A stretch of 64,000 nt of DNA from Bacteroidota bacterium (lineage in GTDB: Bacteria > Bacteroidota > Bacteroidia > Bacteroidales > GCA-2711565): positions 64,554-128,553 of the forward strand of contig JAHIVC010000099.1 of the NCBI GenBank assembly GCA_018816945.1, in the 5' to 3' direction. The translations under genes and the position numbers were made by a program. The notes below the pieces were generated by a model. That model was not told the origin of the DNA. It worked only from the letters and a program-made list of their open reading frames with translations, and ran no database searches. Below, piece after piece: positions 42,689-52,105 of this stretch. Within the stretch, counting starts at the first letter, position 1; every line of letters begins with the position of its first letter.

Positions 42689-43879
42689 ATGAAAACAATC
42701 AATCAGTTCAGCTTTAAAAACAAAAAAGCATTAATCAGGGTTGATTTTAATGTTCCCTTGGATGAAAATTTTGAAATTACTGACACCTCAAGAATTGATG
42801 CTACAATTCCAACGATAAAAAAGGTTTTGAAAGATGGGGGATCTGTCATTTTAATGTCACATTTAGGGCGACCTAAAGGTGGTCCCGAAGATAAATTTTC
42901 ACTTAAACATCTGTTAAAGTATTTATCATCTGCGTTAAAACTTGAAGTACAATTTGTCAACGATTGTATTGGTGAGGAAGCTAAACAAAAAGCAGTAAAC
43001 CTGAAAAACAGAGAAGTGCTGCTTCTTGAAAATTTAAGGTTTTATAAAGAAGAAACCGCAGGGGACGAGGACTTTTCAAAAAAGCTCGCTTCACTTGGGG
43101 ATGCTTATATCAATGATGCTTTTGGAACAGCGCACCGCGCTCATGCATCAACAGCAATAATTGCCAAATATTTCCCTGAAAATAAAATGTTTGGTTACAT
43201 TATGAACGATGAAATTACCAATATCAATAAGGTGATGGTTGATCCACGGCGACCATTTACTGCAATATTGGGAGGTGCCAAAGTATCGGGTAAAGTTGAG
43301 GTGATCACAAATCTTTTGGATAAGGTTGACAACCTTATTATTGGGGGAGGAATGATGTTCACGTTTATTAAAGCCCTTGGAGGAAATATCGGGAATTCGC
43401 TCGTTGAAGAATCACTTTTTGCATTGGCAGTTGACACCATCAATTTTGCCAAGGACGAAAATGTGAATCTCTACTTACCAACTGACGCAATTATTGCAGA
43501 TGGATTTTCAAATGATGCAAAAACAACCGTTTCCTCATCTTATAATATTCCGGATGGATGGATGGGTTTGGACATCGGCCCGGAAACAATTAAAAAATAC
43601 AAATCGATTATTGAGGATTCAACAACCATTCTTTGGAATGGGCCCATGGGTGTTTTCGAAATGTCGAATTTTGAAAATGGCACAAAAGATATTGCTCTGG
43701 CGGTTGCAAAGGCTACTAAAAAAGGAGCTTACTCATTAATTGGTGGTGGTGATTCAGTGGCCGCCATAAATAAATATCACTTAAAGGATCAGGTAAGTTA
43801 TATTTCTACCGGTGGTGGCGCCATGCTTGAATATATTGAAGGAAAAATCCTACCCGGAATCCAGGCAATAGAAGAATAA
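42689..43879 (+). CDS. pgk: Phosphoglycerate kinase
   Basis: Motifs [25 protein letters not shown] and STGGGA. The ATG at 42689 is preferred over the track's TTG at 42668; a -7 box sits at 42653-42660. Confidence 0.95.
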   Translation: MKTINQFSFKNKKALIRVDFNVPLDENFEITDTSRIDATIPTIKKVLKDGGSVILMSHLGRPKGGPEDKFSLKHLLKYLSSALKLEVQFVNDCIGEEAKQKAVNLKNREVLLLENLRFYKEETAGDEDFSKKLASLGDAYINDAFGTAHRAHASTAIIAKYFPENKMFGYIMNDEITNINKVMVDPRRPFTAILGGAKVSGKVEVITNLLDKVDNLIIGGGMMFTFIKALGGNIGNSLVEESLFALAVDTINFAKDENVNLYLPTDAIIADGFSNDAKTTVSSSYNIPDGWMGLDIGPETIKKYKSIIEDSTTILWNGPMGVFEMSNFENGTKDIALAVAKATKKGAYSLIGGGDSVAAINKYHLKDQVSYISTGGGAMLEYIEGKILPGIQAIEE

Positions 43880-43881
43880 AT

Positions 43882-44304
43882 ATGGGGCAATCGATCGAAT
43901 CATTTGTAGCTGACAGGGTACAAGAATACGCATGGAAACAAGATTTGAATTGCGCTCAAACCACACTTTTGGTTTTATCCGAAAAATTTAATATTGAACT
44001 TAGCCCTCAGATTATTGATGGCTCTTCGGGCTTAAACGGTGCCGGACAATATCAGGCTCAATGTGGTTTGGTTGAAGGGGCATTAATTTTTATAGGTATT
44101 TATTTGCGCTCACAACGGAAGGAGAAGCAGGAAATTCAAACCATGTGCAAAACATATGCCCAAAGTTTTGAAAACAAATTCGGAAGTTTGAGTTGCAGCC
44201 GGCTAAGACCAAACGGTTTTAATTTGACAGATCCTCCGCATCTTTGCAGTGATTTAACGGAACAAACTCTGTTGTTTGCCATTGATTTTATTTCAACCTA
44301 TTGA
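43882..44304 (+). CDS. C_GCAxxG_C_C family protein
   Basis: 140 aa with the family's spaced Cys pattern (LNCAQTTL, AQCGLVEGAL, SLSCSRL, HLCSDL). Confidence 0.55.
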   Translation: MGQSIESFVADRVQEYAWKQDLNCAQTTLLVLSEKFNIELSPQIIDGSSGLNGAGQYQAQCGLVEGALIFIGIYLRSQRKEKQEIQTMCKTYAQSFENKFGSLSCSRLRPNGFNLTDPPHLCSDLTEQTLLFAIDFISTY

Positions 44305-44380
44305 TCTTAATAACGTAATATTCAATAATAAAAAAATATTTGTATAAGTATTCATTTTTAACCTACTAAGCCGAACAGCA

Positions 44381-44902
44381 ATGCTCAAAAAATTCTTCAT
44401 TTTTCTATTCGTGGTTGGACTCTCTTTTAGTGCTTTTACACAAGAAGAAGAAAACCCGGAAGCCTTCAACCTTACTAAAATTGGTCAGGATGTCCCTAAC
44501 TTTTCGTTTACCACTATCGACGGTAAAACTTATCAGATGTCCGATCTGAAAGGCAAAACCGTACTTCTTAATTTTTTCGCAACCTGGTGCGGCCCCTGCA
44601 TGAAGGAAATGCCTCATCTGGAAGCTGAAATCTGGAAAGAATTTCAAACACGTAAATTTTTGATTCTAGCCTTAGGCAGAGAACATTCGATGGATGAAAT
44701 TGTAAAATTCAACGAGAAAAAAGGATTTACTTTTCCAATAGGCCCCGATCCGGAGCGAAAAGTTTACAACCTTTTCTTTACAAAGTATATTCCTCGCAAT
44801 GTTTTGATAAATAAAGAAGGGAAAATTATTCTTCAGGAACAAGGTTATACCGAAGAAGGATTTAAAAAATTGATCGAACTGATTGATCGGGAAACAAAAT
44901 AA
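44381..44902 (+). CDS. TlpA/AhpC-TSA family thiol-disulfide oxidoreductase (secreted thioredoxin fold)
   Basis: 173 aa with a signal peptide and the active site FFATWCGPCMKEMP. Confidence 0.8.
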   Translation: MLKKFFIFLFVVGLSFSAFTQEEENPEAFNLTKIGQDVPNFSFTTIDGKTYQMSDLKGKTVLLNFFATWCGPCMKEMPHLEAEIWKEFQTRKFLILALGREHSMDEIVKFNEKKGFTFPIGPDPERKVYNLFFTKYIPRNVLINKEGKIILQEQGYTEEGFKKLIELIDRETK

Positions 44903-44926
44903 CGATTAAATACAACGCGATATTTC

Positions 44927-44973
44927 AATCCGCTAAACTCGTAATTCTGAAGTTTGGCGGATTATATTTTTTT
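44927..44973 (+). terminator. Hairpin plus T-run after the TlpA-like gene (overlaps the cvpA-like stop codon)
   Basis: Stem aatccgc (44927-44933) / gcggatt (44957-44963) with a 23-nt loop, followed by atattttttt. Confidence 0.5.
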
Positions 44974-45498
44974 CAGATCTTCTTTATCAATAAAAGGATT
45001 TTTAATGTTCCTTATTTTGTCAAGACTAAGTTTGGGAACGATCATCGGTGCAAATTTTTCAATAGGGCCATAAAGCATTGACTTTTGTATTGTATTTTCC
45101 TTGATGATGGATTTGCTATAATCAAAACTATTGATGATCCACAAAATAACACTTAACAAAAATAACGCTTTTATTATTCCGAAAACAGCCCCAACTATTT
45201 TATTAACAAAGCCCAACAATATAATATCAACAAATTTTTCGAGTATTTTCCCAATGAGAAATACCATAAAAACAACCACCATAAATGTAAAAACAAAGGC
45301 AAAAATTGATAAATATTTATCTCCAATATCGAAATTACGGGACAGAAAATCTGCAGCAAAGTAAGAGAAATTGATCGCGAAATAAATTCCAAGTATTAAG
45401 GCGACCAGCGAACTAAGTTCAATAATAAATCCTTTTTGAAAACCACGGTAAGTCAGCCAAACTATGGGGATAATCAATATAATATCTAAAATATTCAT
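44962..45498 (-). CDS. CvpA-family membrane protein
   Basis: 178 aa with 4 TM helices and an N-terminal segment NILDIILIIPIVWLTYRGFQKGFI typical of CvpA. Confidence 0.65.
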   Translation of the reverse strand: MNILDIILIIPIVWLTYRGFQKGFIIELSSLVALILGIYFAINFSYFAADFLSRNFDIGDKYLSIFAFVFTFMVVVFMVFLIGKILEKFVDIILLGFVNKIVGAVFGIIKALFLLSVILWIINSFDYSKSIIKENTIQKSMLYGPIEKFAPMIVPKLSLDKIRNIKNPFIDKEDLKKI

Positions 45499-46244
45499 CG
45501 TGTTTTTAATCTTCTGGTCAATTCGTTGGAAAAAATAAAATCATTCAATTCAGCATTTTGGGTGTGTAAAATATCTTTGTTATCACCGGTCCACGAAAGT
45601 TTTCCATTAAAAATATAAGCGATACTATCACCAATCTCTAATACTGAATTCATATCGTGCGTATTAATGATGGTGGTAATATTATATTCTATCGTAATTT
45701 CTTTAATCAGATTATCGATAACACCAGCTGTACGTGGATCCAGACCTGAATTGGGCTCATCACAAAATAAATATTTGGGGTTCATTGAAATTGCTCTGGC
45801 AATCGCGACCCGCTTAACCATTCCACCACTTAACTCGGAAGGCAATAATTTATTAACATTTTCAAGATTGACCCGCTTTAAACAAAAATTAACCCGTTCA
45901 CGCTTTTCTTCAAGAGTCATTTGTGTAAACATCGAAAGCGGAAACATCACGTTTTCTTCAACACTTTTTGAATCGAACAGTGCCCCTCCCTGAAAAAGCA
46001 TACCCACCTCCTGCCGAATTTCCATTTGCTGTTTGTTGCTCATATTCGTAAATGAGCGGCCATCATAAATTACCTGCCCCTCATCAGCATTATAAAGACC
46101 CACAAGGCATTTCATCAGAACAGTTTTACCCGAACCACTTTGTCCAATAATCAGGTTTGTTTGTCCCTGTTTGAACGACACAGAAACATTGTCCAAAACT
46201 TTTTTATCGGCAAAACTCTTTGATATTTCCCTGGCCTCAATCAT
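45495..46244 (-). CDS. ABC transporter ATP-binding protein (MlaF-like)
   Basis: 249 aa with Walker A GQSGSGKT, signature LSGGMVKR and Walker B LFCDEP. There is a 4-nt overlap with the genes on both sides. Confidence 0.85.
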   Translation of the reverse strand: MIEAREISKSFADKKVLDNVSVSFKQGQTNLIIGQSGSGKTVLMKCLVGLYNADEGQVIYDGRSFTNMSNKQQMEIRQEVGMLFQGGALFDSKSVEENVMFPLSMFTQMTLEEKRERVNFCLKRVNLENVNKLLPSELSGGMVKRVAIARAISMNPKYLFCDEPNSGLDPRTAGVIDNLIKEITIEYNITTIINTHDMNSVLEIGDSIAYIFNGKLSWTGDNKDILHTQNAELNDFIFSNELTRRLKTR

Positions 46245-46978
46245 ACCAATAACAGTTGGGTTAAAATCAAATCGAAAATAATAATGATGATACTACTTGA
46301 AACTACGGCCTTTGTACTGGATTTACCAACATCAAGGGCACCGCCGGTAGTCGTATATCCAAAATATCCGGATACGGATGCAATAATAAAAGCAAACACG
46401 ATGGTTTTAATTATTGCATATAATATCGTAAAGGCTTCGAAATCCCATCTTAATCCTGTTATAAAATCCTGAGTGGTTACAATCCCTGATAAGGAACAAG
46501 CCAGCCATCCCCCAAATAAACTGACAAAAATGCTTAAGATAATCAAGAAGGGATTGATAATCATGGAGGCTGTTATTTTGGGTAAAATCAAATAATTGGC
46601 AGGATTTACACCCATTATTTTTAGCGCGTCAATTTGTTCGGTAACTTTCATGGTTCCGATTTCCGAAGCAATGCGTGATCCAACTTTTCCGGCCAAAATC
46701 AAGCTAATGATAGTTGGAGAAAACTCTAAAACAATAGATTGCCTAACTGCAAACCCAACGGTAGTAAGTGGGATAAATGGGCTATCAATATTATAAGCTG
46801 TTTGTAAGGCTACAATTCCACCTGTAAAGGCAGAAATAAATAGGACAATTCCTAAGGATTCTATTCCCAAACCCTGAAATTCAAACATTAATTGTTTACG
46901 AAAAACACTTCCCTTATCAGGCCGTCTAAAGGTCTCTAACATTAAGAGTACATATCTTCCAAGGGTGCTAATCAGCAT
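46241..46978 (-). CDS. ABC transporter permease (MlaE-like)
   Basis: 245 aa, polytopic, with the motif EIGTMKVTEQIDALKIMGVNP typical of MlaE/Ttg2B permeases. Confidence 0.8.
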   Translation of the reverse strand: MLISTLGRYVLLMLETFRRPDKGSVFRKQLMFEFQGLGIESLGIVLFISAFTGGIVALQTAYNIDSPFIPLTTVGFAVRQSIVLEFSPTIISLILAGKVGSRIASEIGTMKVTEQIDALKIMGVNPANYLILPKITASMIINPFLIILSIFVSLFGGWLACSLSGIVTTQDFITGLRWDFEAFTILYAIIKTIVFAFIIASVSGYFGYTTTGGALDVGKSSTKAVVSSSIIIIIFDLILTQLLLV

Positions 46979-47047
46979 AAGTTTAGAAACTTTTGGCTAA
47001 GTTAATCAATATTTAAGAATTTATGTTTGTGACCTAAACCAAATTCC

Positions 47048-47055
47048 TAATTTTG
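47048..47055 (+). promoter_or_regulatory. -7 box TAATTTTG upstream of the micro-lipoprotein/SprT-like pair
   Basis: Located 61 nt upstream of the ATG at 47116. Confidence 0.35.
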
Positions 47056-47115
47056 CAACAAAACGAATCTGCTTATAATTTAATTGTTCAAACTTCGTTA
47101 AGATGAATACCGTTT

Positions 47116-47304
47116 ATGAAAATTACAAAAATGAACAAGATTTTATTGTGTACTTTCGGCTTAATTTTAATATTCATATTAGCTTCCTGTAGTTCGACAA
47201 AACATGCTTTTCCTAAAAAAACCAGAAAAACTAATAAATGTAACTGTCCAACCTGGGGTTATCAAATTAAACAAAAAGAACTTTCCGGCTGTTATTATGG
47301 ATGA
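47116..47304 (+). CDS. Hypothetical micro-lipoprotein (mature part ~37 aa, Cys-rich)
   Basis: Signal plus lipobox (ILIFILASC), then SSTKHAFPKKTRKTNKCNCPTWGYQIKQKELSGCYYG. A -7 box at 47048-47055 lies upstream. The stop overlaps the SprT-like start (ATGGATGA). Confidence 0.3.
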   Translation: MKITKMNKILLCTFGLILIFILASCSSTKHAFPKKTRKTNKCNCPTWGYQIKQKELSGCYYG

Positions 47305-47920
47305 TTCTCAAATAATACTAAAAAAATATTTACCTGAAAATTCGCCTGATCTGATTTTTGAATGGATTAAACAATATAAAATTCATTTACGAATTACACG
47401 TACCAGAAGAAGCAAGCTTGGCGATTACCGCCAGGCGCATAATGGTTCACCTCATCGTATTTCAATAAACAACAGCCTTAATAAATATGCTTTCCTAATT
47501 ACACTTGTTCATGAAATAGCTCATCTTGTGGTGTTTGAAAAATATGGAAACCGAGCTAAGCCTCATGGAAAAGAATGGAAGCTTGCTTTTCGTAATTTAA
47601 TGAACCCCTTCATTATTGAAAGGGTTTTCCCCGATGATTTATCGGCTATCATTTATCAATATTTACAAAATGCAGCTGCATCAAGCAATACCAATATACT
47701 GCTGGCTCGAGCTCTCAAAAAATATGACGAAAATGAGGTAATGGGTGTACATATTGAAGAACTAAGTGAAAACACGGTTTTTAAACTTTCGAATGGCAAA
47801 ATGTTCAAGAAACTGGAAAAAAGGCGCAAACGATTTAAATGTGTAAACCTTGAAAACGGTAAGTATTATCTTTTCGATCCTTTGGCACGTGTTATTCCTT
47901 TAGAACATGAGCTAGCATAA
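47297..47920 (+). CDS. SprT-like zinc metalloprotease domain protein
   Basis: HExxH motif in LVHEIAHLVVFEKYG...HGKEW. Start set to the ATG at 47297 (MDDSQIILKKYLP), because the track ORF start at 47204 runs through the upstream lipoprotein ORF. Confidence 0.65.
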   Translation: MDDSQIILKKYLPENSPDLIFEWIKQYKIHLRITRTRRSKLGDYRQAHNGSPHRISINNSLNKYAFLITLVHEIAHLVVFEKYGNRAKPHGKEWKLAFRNLMNPFIIERVFPDDLSAIIYQYLQNAAASSNTNILLARALKKYDENEVMGVHIEELSENTVFKLSNGKMFKKLEKRRKRFKCVNLENGKYYLFDPLARVIPLEHELA

Positions 47921-47952
47921 GGATATTTTATATCTTTATATCCTAATTTTTT
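47920..47952 (+). terminator. Intrinsic terminator after the SprT-like gene
   Basis: Stem aggatat/atatcct with an 11-nt loop, followed by aatttttt. Confidence 0.6.
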
Positions 47953-47968
47953 CTGAAAAACCCAACTA

Positions 47969-49066
47969 ATGGAAGTTAACCAAAACAACTATTGTGTTAT
48001 CATGGCCGGAGGCATAGGAAGTCGATTCTGGCCAATGAGCAAAACTTCAAATCCCAAACAATTTATCGACATACTCGGTTCAGGGTCAACCCTTATTCAA
48101 CAAACCTTTAGCCGTTTTTTAAAAATTTGCCCATCAGAGAATATTCTTATTGTTACAAATCAGATATATAAAAACCTGGTGATGGAGCAGCTTCCAAATA
48201 TTTCTGAAAATCAGGTACTATGCGAACCCATTGGACGAAATACCGCACCATGTATTGCTTATGCAAATTATAAAATACTGCAAACAAATCCGGATGCAAA
48301 AATTATTGTAGCTCCTTCAGATCATATTATTTTAAAAGAGAATGAATTTATTAACACCCTGCTTTCTGCACTCAAGGCTTCGACTGATAATGACTGGCTC
48401 ATCACTTTAGGAATCAGGCCAAGCAGGCCCGATACAGGCTATGGGTATATCCAATACCTGGATAAAGAAATTTATAAACCTGATAACCGATTAAAAAAAG
48501 TAAAAACTTTTACGGAAAAGCCCGCTCTTGAAAAAGCAAAAATGTTTTTAGAAAGCGGCGACTATCTTTGGAATGCCGGTATTTTTATCTGGTCGCTGGC
48601 AAGCATCAATAAAGCTTTTGAAATGTATCTCCCAAACGTTAATTCTCTTTTTAAAAAAGGAATTGGATTATACAACACTGCCAACGAAACCTCATTCATT
48701 AATGAAACTTATACTTCCTGCCAAAACATTTCAATCGATTACGGGGTAATGGAAAAAGCAGATAATGTATATGTACTTGCTTCAGATTTTGGATGGTCGG
48801 ATTTAGGAACCTGGGGTTCACTATATGATGTCCGGGAGAAAGATCAAAACGAAAATTCCATCATCGGTAACAATGTAATGACTTACGATACCAAAAACTG
48901 TATTGTTCATGTGCCAAAAGACAAACTTGTTGTTTTACAAGGGCTCGATAATTTTATTGTTGTTGAAAATGATGGCGTTTTACTCATCTGCAAAAAAAAT
49001 GAAGAACAACAAATAAAACAGTTTGTTACCGATGTAAAAGAACAAAAAGGTAACCAATATATTTAA
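47969..49066 (+). CDS. Mannose-1-phosphate guanylyltransferase (nucleotidyltransferase domain only)
   Basis: 365 aa with the N-terminal motif VIMAGGIGSRFWPMS and GYGYIQ. Confidence 0.85.
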   Translation: MEVNQNNYCVIMAGGIGSRFWPMSKTSNPKQFIDILGSGSTLIQQTFSRFLKICPSENILIVTNQIYKNLVMEQLPNISENQVLCEPIGRNTAPCIAYANYKILQTNPDAKIIVAPSDHIILKENEFINTLLSALKASTDNDWLITLGIRPSRPDTGYGYIQYLDKEIYKPDNRLKKVKTFTEKPALEKAKMFLESGDYLWNAGIFIWSLASINKAFEMYLPNVNSLFKKGIGLYNTANETSFINETYTSCQNISIDYGVMEKADNVYVLASDFGWSDLGTWGSLYDVREKDQNENSIIGNNVMTYDTKNCIVHVPKDKLVVLQGLDNFIVVENDGVLLICKKNEEQQIKQFVTDVKEQKGNQYI

Positions 49067-49093
49067 TCATTAACCATTTATTTAATTAAAAAC

Positions 49094-51238
49094 ATGAAAA
49101 AACTAATTTTACTATTATTTATTGCATTACTTGGTATTCAACCGGTAGTAAATGCAAATGAAGGCATGTGGATTCCTTCATTAATAGCACGACTCAATAT
49201 TGCCGAAATGCAAAAAATGGGTTTCAATTTATCTGCTGAAGAACTTTTCAGTATTAAAAATTCAAGCATTAAAGATGCGATTGTAATTTTTGGAGGCGGT
49301 TGTACGGGTGAAATTATTTCGTCCGAAGGTTTGGTAATTACTAACCATCACTGTGGTTATGGCTCGATCCAAAAAGTGAGTACCGTTGAAAATGATTATT
49401 TGACCAATGGATTTTGGGCGTATAGCAAAAAAGAGGAAATTCCGATATCAGGTTTGTCTGTTCGTTTTTTGATAGACATGAAAGATGTAACCAGCGAAGC
49501 TTTGAAAGGGGTTAATGCAAATATGACCGAAACGGAAAGAAAGGAATTGATTGCCCTCAATTCAAATACCATCCGAAAAGCTGCTATCGAAGGCAATCAT
49601 TATGACGCATTGGTAAGAAGTTATTTTGAAGGAAACGAATATTACCTGCTGGTTTATGAGCGTTTTGACGATGTTCGATTGGTTGGAACCCCTCCTGAAA
49701 GTATTGGGAAATTTGGAGCCGACACTGATAATTGGATGTGGCCGCGTCATACCGGTGATTTCTCGATGTTCAGAGTGTATATGTCGCCCGACGGAAAACC
49801 GGCTCAGTTCTCAGATAAGAATATCCCTCTTAAACCAAAGCATTTTTTACCAATCTCATTAAAGGGCGTTAAAAAAGATGACTTTGCAATGGTAATGGGT
49901 TATCCCGGAAGCACTGATCGTTATTTGTCATCTTGGGGCGTTGAACAGGTTATTGACCAAAAAGCACCAATGACCGTAGCAATTAGAGATCGCGTCTTAA
50001 ATATTATGAAAGAAGACATGGATGCTTCTGAAAAAATCAGACTACAATATGCTTCAAAATTTGCTGGTATTGCCAATTATTGGAAATTTTATATCGGACA
50101 AAAAAAAGGGTTAACCCGATTAAAAATTGCTGATAAAAAAAGAGCTTTGGAAGCTGATTTTGCTAAGTGGGCAAAAGGCAAACCTGAATTCGAACCAGCT
50201 TTAGGATTAATGAAAGAAGGAATTAAGGAAGTGTCAAAAAATTATCCTGCCAGTTTATATTTTAGTGAAGCAATTCAACGGGGCAATGAAATTATCAGAT
50301 ATTCAAATACTTTTAAATCGCTCTATACCGAACTTTCAAAAAAAGAACAGGATACTAAAAAAATTGAAAGTATAATCAGCAGACTAAAAAGTGGTATTGA
50401 AGGTCATTTTAAAGATTATAATGCACCTACTGATCTTAAATTATTGGCAAACTCTTTGAATCACTATTATACAGATATTCCTAAAGAAGTATCTCCTAAA
50501 TATTTTGTTGAAATAGCTGCCAAATACAAGACAGATTTTAACAAAATAGCTGATGATATGTTCAAAAATTCAATCTTTGGCGATGAGCAAAAAGTGGCCA
50601 AATTTCTTGATAACCCAAGCCTAAAATCATTAGAAAAAGACCCTGTTTTTAAACTAATGCAGGCCTTTTATGATAATCAGGAAATAATTTCGGCAAAAAT
50701 GGTGCTTCCTTATGAAAATTTAGCAAAAGGAAATCGATTATTTGTTGCAGGTTTGCAGCAAATGAACCCCGACCAAAGATATTCTCCTAATGCAAACTCA
50801 ACCATGCGTGTAACCTATGGAAGCGTTCAGGATTATTACCCTGCAGATGCTGTTCACTATAACTACATTACAACCCTTGATGGCGTAATGGATAAAGAAG
50901 ATCCAAATGTCAGGGAGTTTAACGTTCCTAAAAAATTAAAACAAATTTACGAAGCCAAAGACTACGGTGACTATGCAGAAAATGGAACCGTTGTTACCTG
51001 TTTTTTAACCAATTTGGATATCACAGGTGGTAACTCCGGAAGTCCTGTTATTAATGGCGATGGACAATTAATTGGACTTGCTTTTGACGGCAACTGGGAA
51101 GCCATGAGTGGCGACATCGCTTTTGAGGAAAAACTACAAAGATGCATTGCGGTTGATATTCGTTATGTGATGCTTATCATTGATAAAATGGCAGGTGCTC
51201 AAAATTTATTAGATGAGATGACCATTGTTAAAAAGTAA
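49094..51238 (+). CDS. S46-family dipeptidyl-peptidase (DPP7/DPP11-like)
   Basis: 714 aa with a signal peptide followed by NEGMWIP, catalytic His in TNHHCGY, and Ser in GGNSGSPV. Confidence 0.85.
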   Translation: MKKLILLLFIALLGIQPVVNANEGMWIPSLIARLNIAEMQKMGFNLSAEELFSIKNSSIKDAIVIFGGGCTGEIISSEGLVITNHHCGYGSIQKVSTVENDYLTNGFWAYSKKEEIPISGLSVRFLIDMKDVTSEALKGVNANMTETERKELIALNSNTIRKAAIEGNHYDALVRSYFEGNEYYLLVYERFDDVRLVGTPPESIGKFGADTDNWMWPRHTGDFSMFRVYMSPDGKPAQFSDKNIPLKPKHFLPISLKGVKKDDFAMVMGYPGSTDRYLSSWGVEQVIDQKAPMTVAIRDRVLNIMKEDMDASEKIRLQYASKFAGIANYWKFYIGQKKGLTRLKIADKKRALEADFAKWAKGKPEFEPALGLMKEGIKEVSKNYPASLYFSEAIQRGNEIIRYSNTFKSLYTELSKKEQDTKKIESIISRLKSGIEGHFKDYNAPTDLKLLANSLNHYYTDIPKEVSPKYFVEIAAKYKTDFNKIADDMFKNSIFGDEQKVAKFLDNPSLKSLEKDPVFKLMQAFYDNQEIISAKMVLPYENLAKGNRLFVAGLQQMNPDQRYSPNANSTMRVTYGSVQDYYPADAVHYNYITTLDGVMDKEDPNVREFNVPKKLKQIYEAKDYGDYAENGTVVTCFLTNLDITGGNSGSPVINGDGQLIGLAFDGNWEAMSGDIAFEEKLQRCIAVDIRYVMLIIDKMAGAQNLLDEMTIVKK

Positions 51239-51256
51239 TTTTTACATAAATACTAT

Positions 51257-51288
51257 AAAAAAAAGAGGCCGGTTGGCCTCTTTTTTTT
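51257..51288 (+). terminator. Intrinsic terminator after the S46 peptidase gene
   Basis: A 10-bp stem aaaagaggcc/ggcctctttt with loop ggtt and a T8 run. Confidence 0.9.
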
Positions 51289-51568
51289 GGTGCGATTGAA
51301 AAGTTTGATTAAAAGACAACTAAGGGCTCCCCTTCCGATAGGTTCTTTTGTTAGAGATCTTTTTTCAATGCAATGTTAACCAGAAACAGACATGACACAT
51401 TATTTCACAGCCAACATGGATATATACCACAGATTTAAAAATGTCGCACCTTAAAAAGAATTTTTTTATGATTTAAATTTAAATATTAGCTTAAAATTTT
51501 GTCTATCATTCCATTACGCGATTTAAATTTTACAAATAATTTTAAGCTTCAATTAACAACATAAACAC

Positions 51569-51576
51569 TATTTTTG
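51569..51576 (+). promoter_or_regulatory. -7 box TATTTTTG upstream of the CYTH gene
   Basis: Located 25 nt upstream of the ATG at 51601. Confidence 0.4.
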
Positions 51577-51600
51577 ATTTATAATATAAATAACTGCCCA

Positions 51601-52077
51601 ATGGGAGTTGAAATTGAAAGAAAATTTTTAGTCGATAAAAATCTTTTTAAGCCTTCCGTAAAAGGGGAATTGGTGCATCAGGTTTATTTGAAAAGGAATA
51701 ATGGTCGTTCTGTTCGTGTAAGAATAATTGGGACAAATGCTTTTATAACAATTAAAAATACCATTACTGCAATGGTTAAAAATGAATTTGAATATGCAAT
51801 TCCTTTACAGGATGCACAGGAAATGATCGAAATATTTAAAGATCTGCCGGCTATTAAAAAAATCAGATATCAGCAGGTAATTGATGGGAACGAATGGGTA
51901 GTCGATGAATTTTTAGGAGAAAATGAAGGTCTTTTAATGGCAGAAATTGAGCTTCCCTCTACCTCAACTTCATTTTCCAAACCGGCTTGGTTGCTAAAAG
52001 AAGTTACTGATGACTTCAGGTTTCATAACTCCAGCCTTGCAGCTCTTCCTTTCAAAGGTTGGACAGAGAAACCTTAA
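51601..52077 (+). CDS. CYTH-domain protein (triphosphate tunnel metalloenzyme family)
   Basis: ExExK signature at the N-terminus (GVEIERKFLV). The ATG at 51601 is preferred because the track's TTG at 51574 lies inside a TATTTTTG -7 box (51569-51576). Confidence 0.75.
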   Translation: MGVEIERKFLVDKNLFKPSVKGELVHQVYLKRNNGRSVRVRIIGTNAFITIKNTITAMVKNEFEYAIPLQDAQEMIEIFKDLPAIKKIRYQQVIDGNEWVVDEFLGENEGLLMAEIELPSTSTSFSKPAWLLKEVTDDFRFHNSSLAALPFKGWTEKP

Positions 52078-52105
52078 CATTTTTTAATATCTGCAAGTTG
52101 GCATA

